Source: an uncultured Clostridia bacterium (GTDB taxonomy: Bacteria > Bacillota > Clostridia > Oscillospirales > CAG-272). From it: a DNA stretch of 64,000 nucleotides. A program made the position numbers and the translations under genes. Positions 62,988 to 64,000 of this stretch are shown piece by piece. Below the pieces are notes generated by a model that saw nothing but the letters and a program-made list of their open reading frames with translations, searched no databases and was not told the DNA's origin. The stretch covers positions 7-64,006 of the forward strand of contig CANQWE010000004.1 of assembly GCA_947627475.1 (NCBI GenBank). The letters are read 5' to 3'. Within the stretch, counting starts at the first letter, position 1; each line of letters begins with the position of its first letter.

Positions 62988-63383
62988 ATGTCAAACAAAT
63001 CTATGGGAGAGATTCTCAGCACACTCCGCAGAGAAAAAGGTATGACGCAAAGGGAACTGGCGGATATGCTGAATATTACCGACAAGGCAGTTTCAAAGTG
63101 GGAGCGAGATATTGCTTGTCCCGATACGCAAACAATACCCAAATTGGCTGAGATCTTCGGTGTATCAGTGGAGGAATTGATCCATGCGAAAGCAGCACCT
63201 ATCACCAGACAAAAAGGTACAGGATCCTTCGTCGATATTGTTTTGAAAGCCGTTCCCGTTGCAATGGGCGTTACGGTCATAGTAACATCCTTGCTTGGAG
63301 CGTTAAATGTGAAATCAGGATTTACTATGCTTGGTATAGGAATGGCGTGTGTAGGAATATACATGTTAGAACAGAAAGCGTAA
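62988..63383 (+). CDS. XRE-family HTH regulator with a C-terminal transmembrane segment
   Basis: LRREKGMTQRELADMLNITDKAVSKWE HTH, then two hydrophobic helices. Start set to the ATG at 62988 (SD aaaggaga). Confidence 0.85.
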   Translation: MSNKSMGEILSTLRREKGMTQRELADMLNITDKAVSKWERDIACPDTQTIPKLAEIFGVSVEELIHAKAAPITRQKGTGSFVDIVLKAVPVAMGVTVIVTSLLGALNVKSGFTMLGIGMACVGIYMLEQKA

Positions 63384-63388
63384 TGGCA

Positions 63389-63416
63389 AAGGCATCGCTG
63401 TGGCGGTGCCTTTTCT
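63389..63416 (+). terminator. Intrinsic terminator after the XRE gene
   Basis: 10-bp stem aaggcatcgc / gcggtgcctt (one G-U pair) followed by a T-run. Confidence 0.6.
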
Positions 63417-63616
63417 TATGAAAAGCAAATCCGGCCAATTAGTAATTTTCTGCTTCCAGCAGATTCTGACGCCGATCGTTAGCTATTTCGCTATGTGAAT
63501 AGCTGAATTTCAGCAAGAGATTCTGGAGCAGAAGAAAGGCAACCGTACCAAAGGAAATACACGCAGCCGCAGAGTTTCGCTTTTCATAATACCACTTTGA
63601 AATACTGACGCTGCCA

Positions 63617-63645
63617 TTGACAAAAAGCAGTGTCCACAGTATAAT
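63617..63645 (+). promoter_or_regulatory. Consensus sigma-A promoter for the nucleoside hydrolase gene
   Basis: TTGACA, 17 nt, TATAAT (both hexamers perfect), 31 nt upstream of the ATG. Confidence 0.7.
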
Positions 63646-63676
63646 TTATTTAAAAATATCTGCACGGAGAGTTGTT

Positions 63677-64000
63677 ATGACGATATACGAAATACTGGAT
63701 GATATAAAAAGCGAAAGAAAAAAGAAGGTCATCTTGGATACAGATGCCTTCAATGAAATAGACGACCAATTTGCCATAGCTTATACCTACCTTTCGGAGA
63801 AGATGGAGCTTTTGGCAGTGTGTGCTGAGCACTATAAGCATGACCGTCAGAGGGATCCCGCCGCCGGTATGGAAAAAAGCTACGATGAAATTATCAAGGT
63901 GCTTTCTCTTACCGATCCCGCATATAAAACCCCCGTATTCCACGGAAGTACCACATCAATAGACGCGGTGGGAGACGCGGTGGAAAGCGATGCTGCAGAA
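63677..64000 (+). CDS. Nucleoside hydrolase (IUNH family), 5' part, runs off the window
   Basis: Hand translation MTIYEILDDIKSERKKKVILDTDAFNEIDDQFAIAY ... contains the DTDxxxxxDD motif. SD ggaga. Open to nt 64000. Confidence 0.75.
   Translation, partial: MTIYEILDDIKSERKKKVILDTDAFNEIDDQFAIAYTYLSEKMELLAVCAEHYKHDRQRDPAAGMEKSYDEIIKVLSLTDPAYKTPVFHGSTTSIDAVGDAVESDAAE

Noticed and set aside
63650-63943. 97-aa minus-strand ORF
   Set aside because: It is antisense to the nucleoside hydrolase ORF, which has a consensus promoter, an SD and the DTDxxxxxDD motif.
1-64000. CRISPR arrays, rRNA genes, IS elements, prophage or defence-system genes
   Set aside because: I saw no regularly spaced direct repeats, no rRNA-like stretches, and no transposase, integrase, nuclease-helicase or phage structural signatures in any frame.

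Overview
Gene-dense chromosomal segment, most likely from a Clostridia-class Firmicute (Oscillospiraceae/Ruminococcaceae-like; inferred from gene content and order). About 60 protein genes are supported, mostly on the minus strand, plus one tRNA-Arg(CCT). Left to right: a sugar-related cluster (TIM-barrel isomerase/epimerase, Gfo/Idh/MocA oxidoreductase, cytoplasmic BNR/sialidase-fold protein, two tandem NahK-like kinases); serC-serA; a reduced dcw cluster (mraZ-rsmH-ftsL-PBP-murE-mraY-ftsW-murG-ftsQ ... ftsZ); small detox/resistance-type genes (tautomerase, nitroreductase, APH(3')-like, Mn catalase); a low-GC islet (MarR plus a cation-efflux-like transporter) abutting the tRNA; a ten-gene [FeFe]-hydrogenase operon (hydC ... 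hydB-hydA) with a six-gene putative H2-sensing cassette inside it; then phosphodiester glycosidase, Mrp/ApbC, a P-type-ATPase homologue lacking all catalytic motifs, an atypical ClpC, pgsA, cvpA, truA, ecfTA2A1, an rRNA methyltransferase and ruvC; on the plus strand DUF951, YfhO, ruvA, ruvB, a class-III aminotransferase-like gene, an FGGY kinase, an XRE regulator and the start of a nucleoside hydrolase. I saw no CRISPR array, rRNA, transposase or integrase. The most interesting items are the hydrogenase-embedded sensory cassette, the degenerate P-type ATPase, the cytoplasmic BNR plus double NahK cluster, the tRNA-adjacent low-GC islet and a 410-nt highly structured non-coding gap after serA. 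All family calls come from motif recognition by eye; no database search was run.
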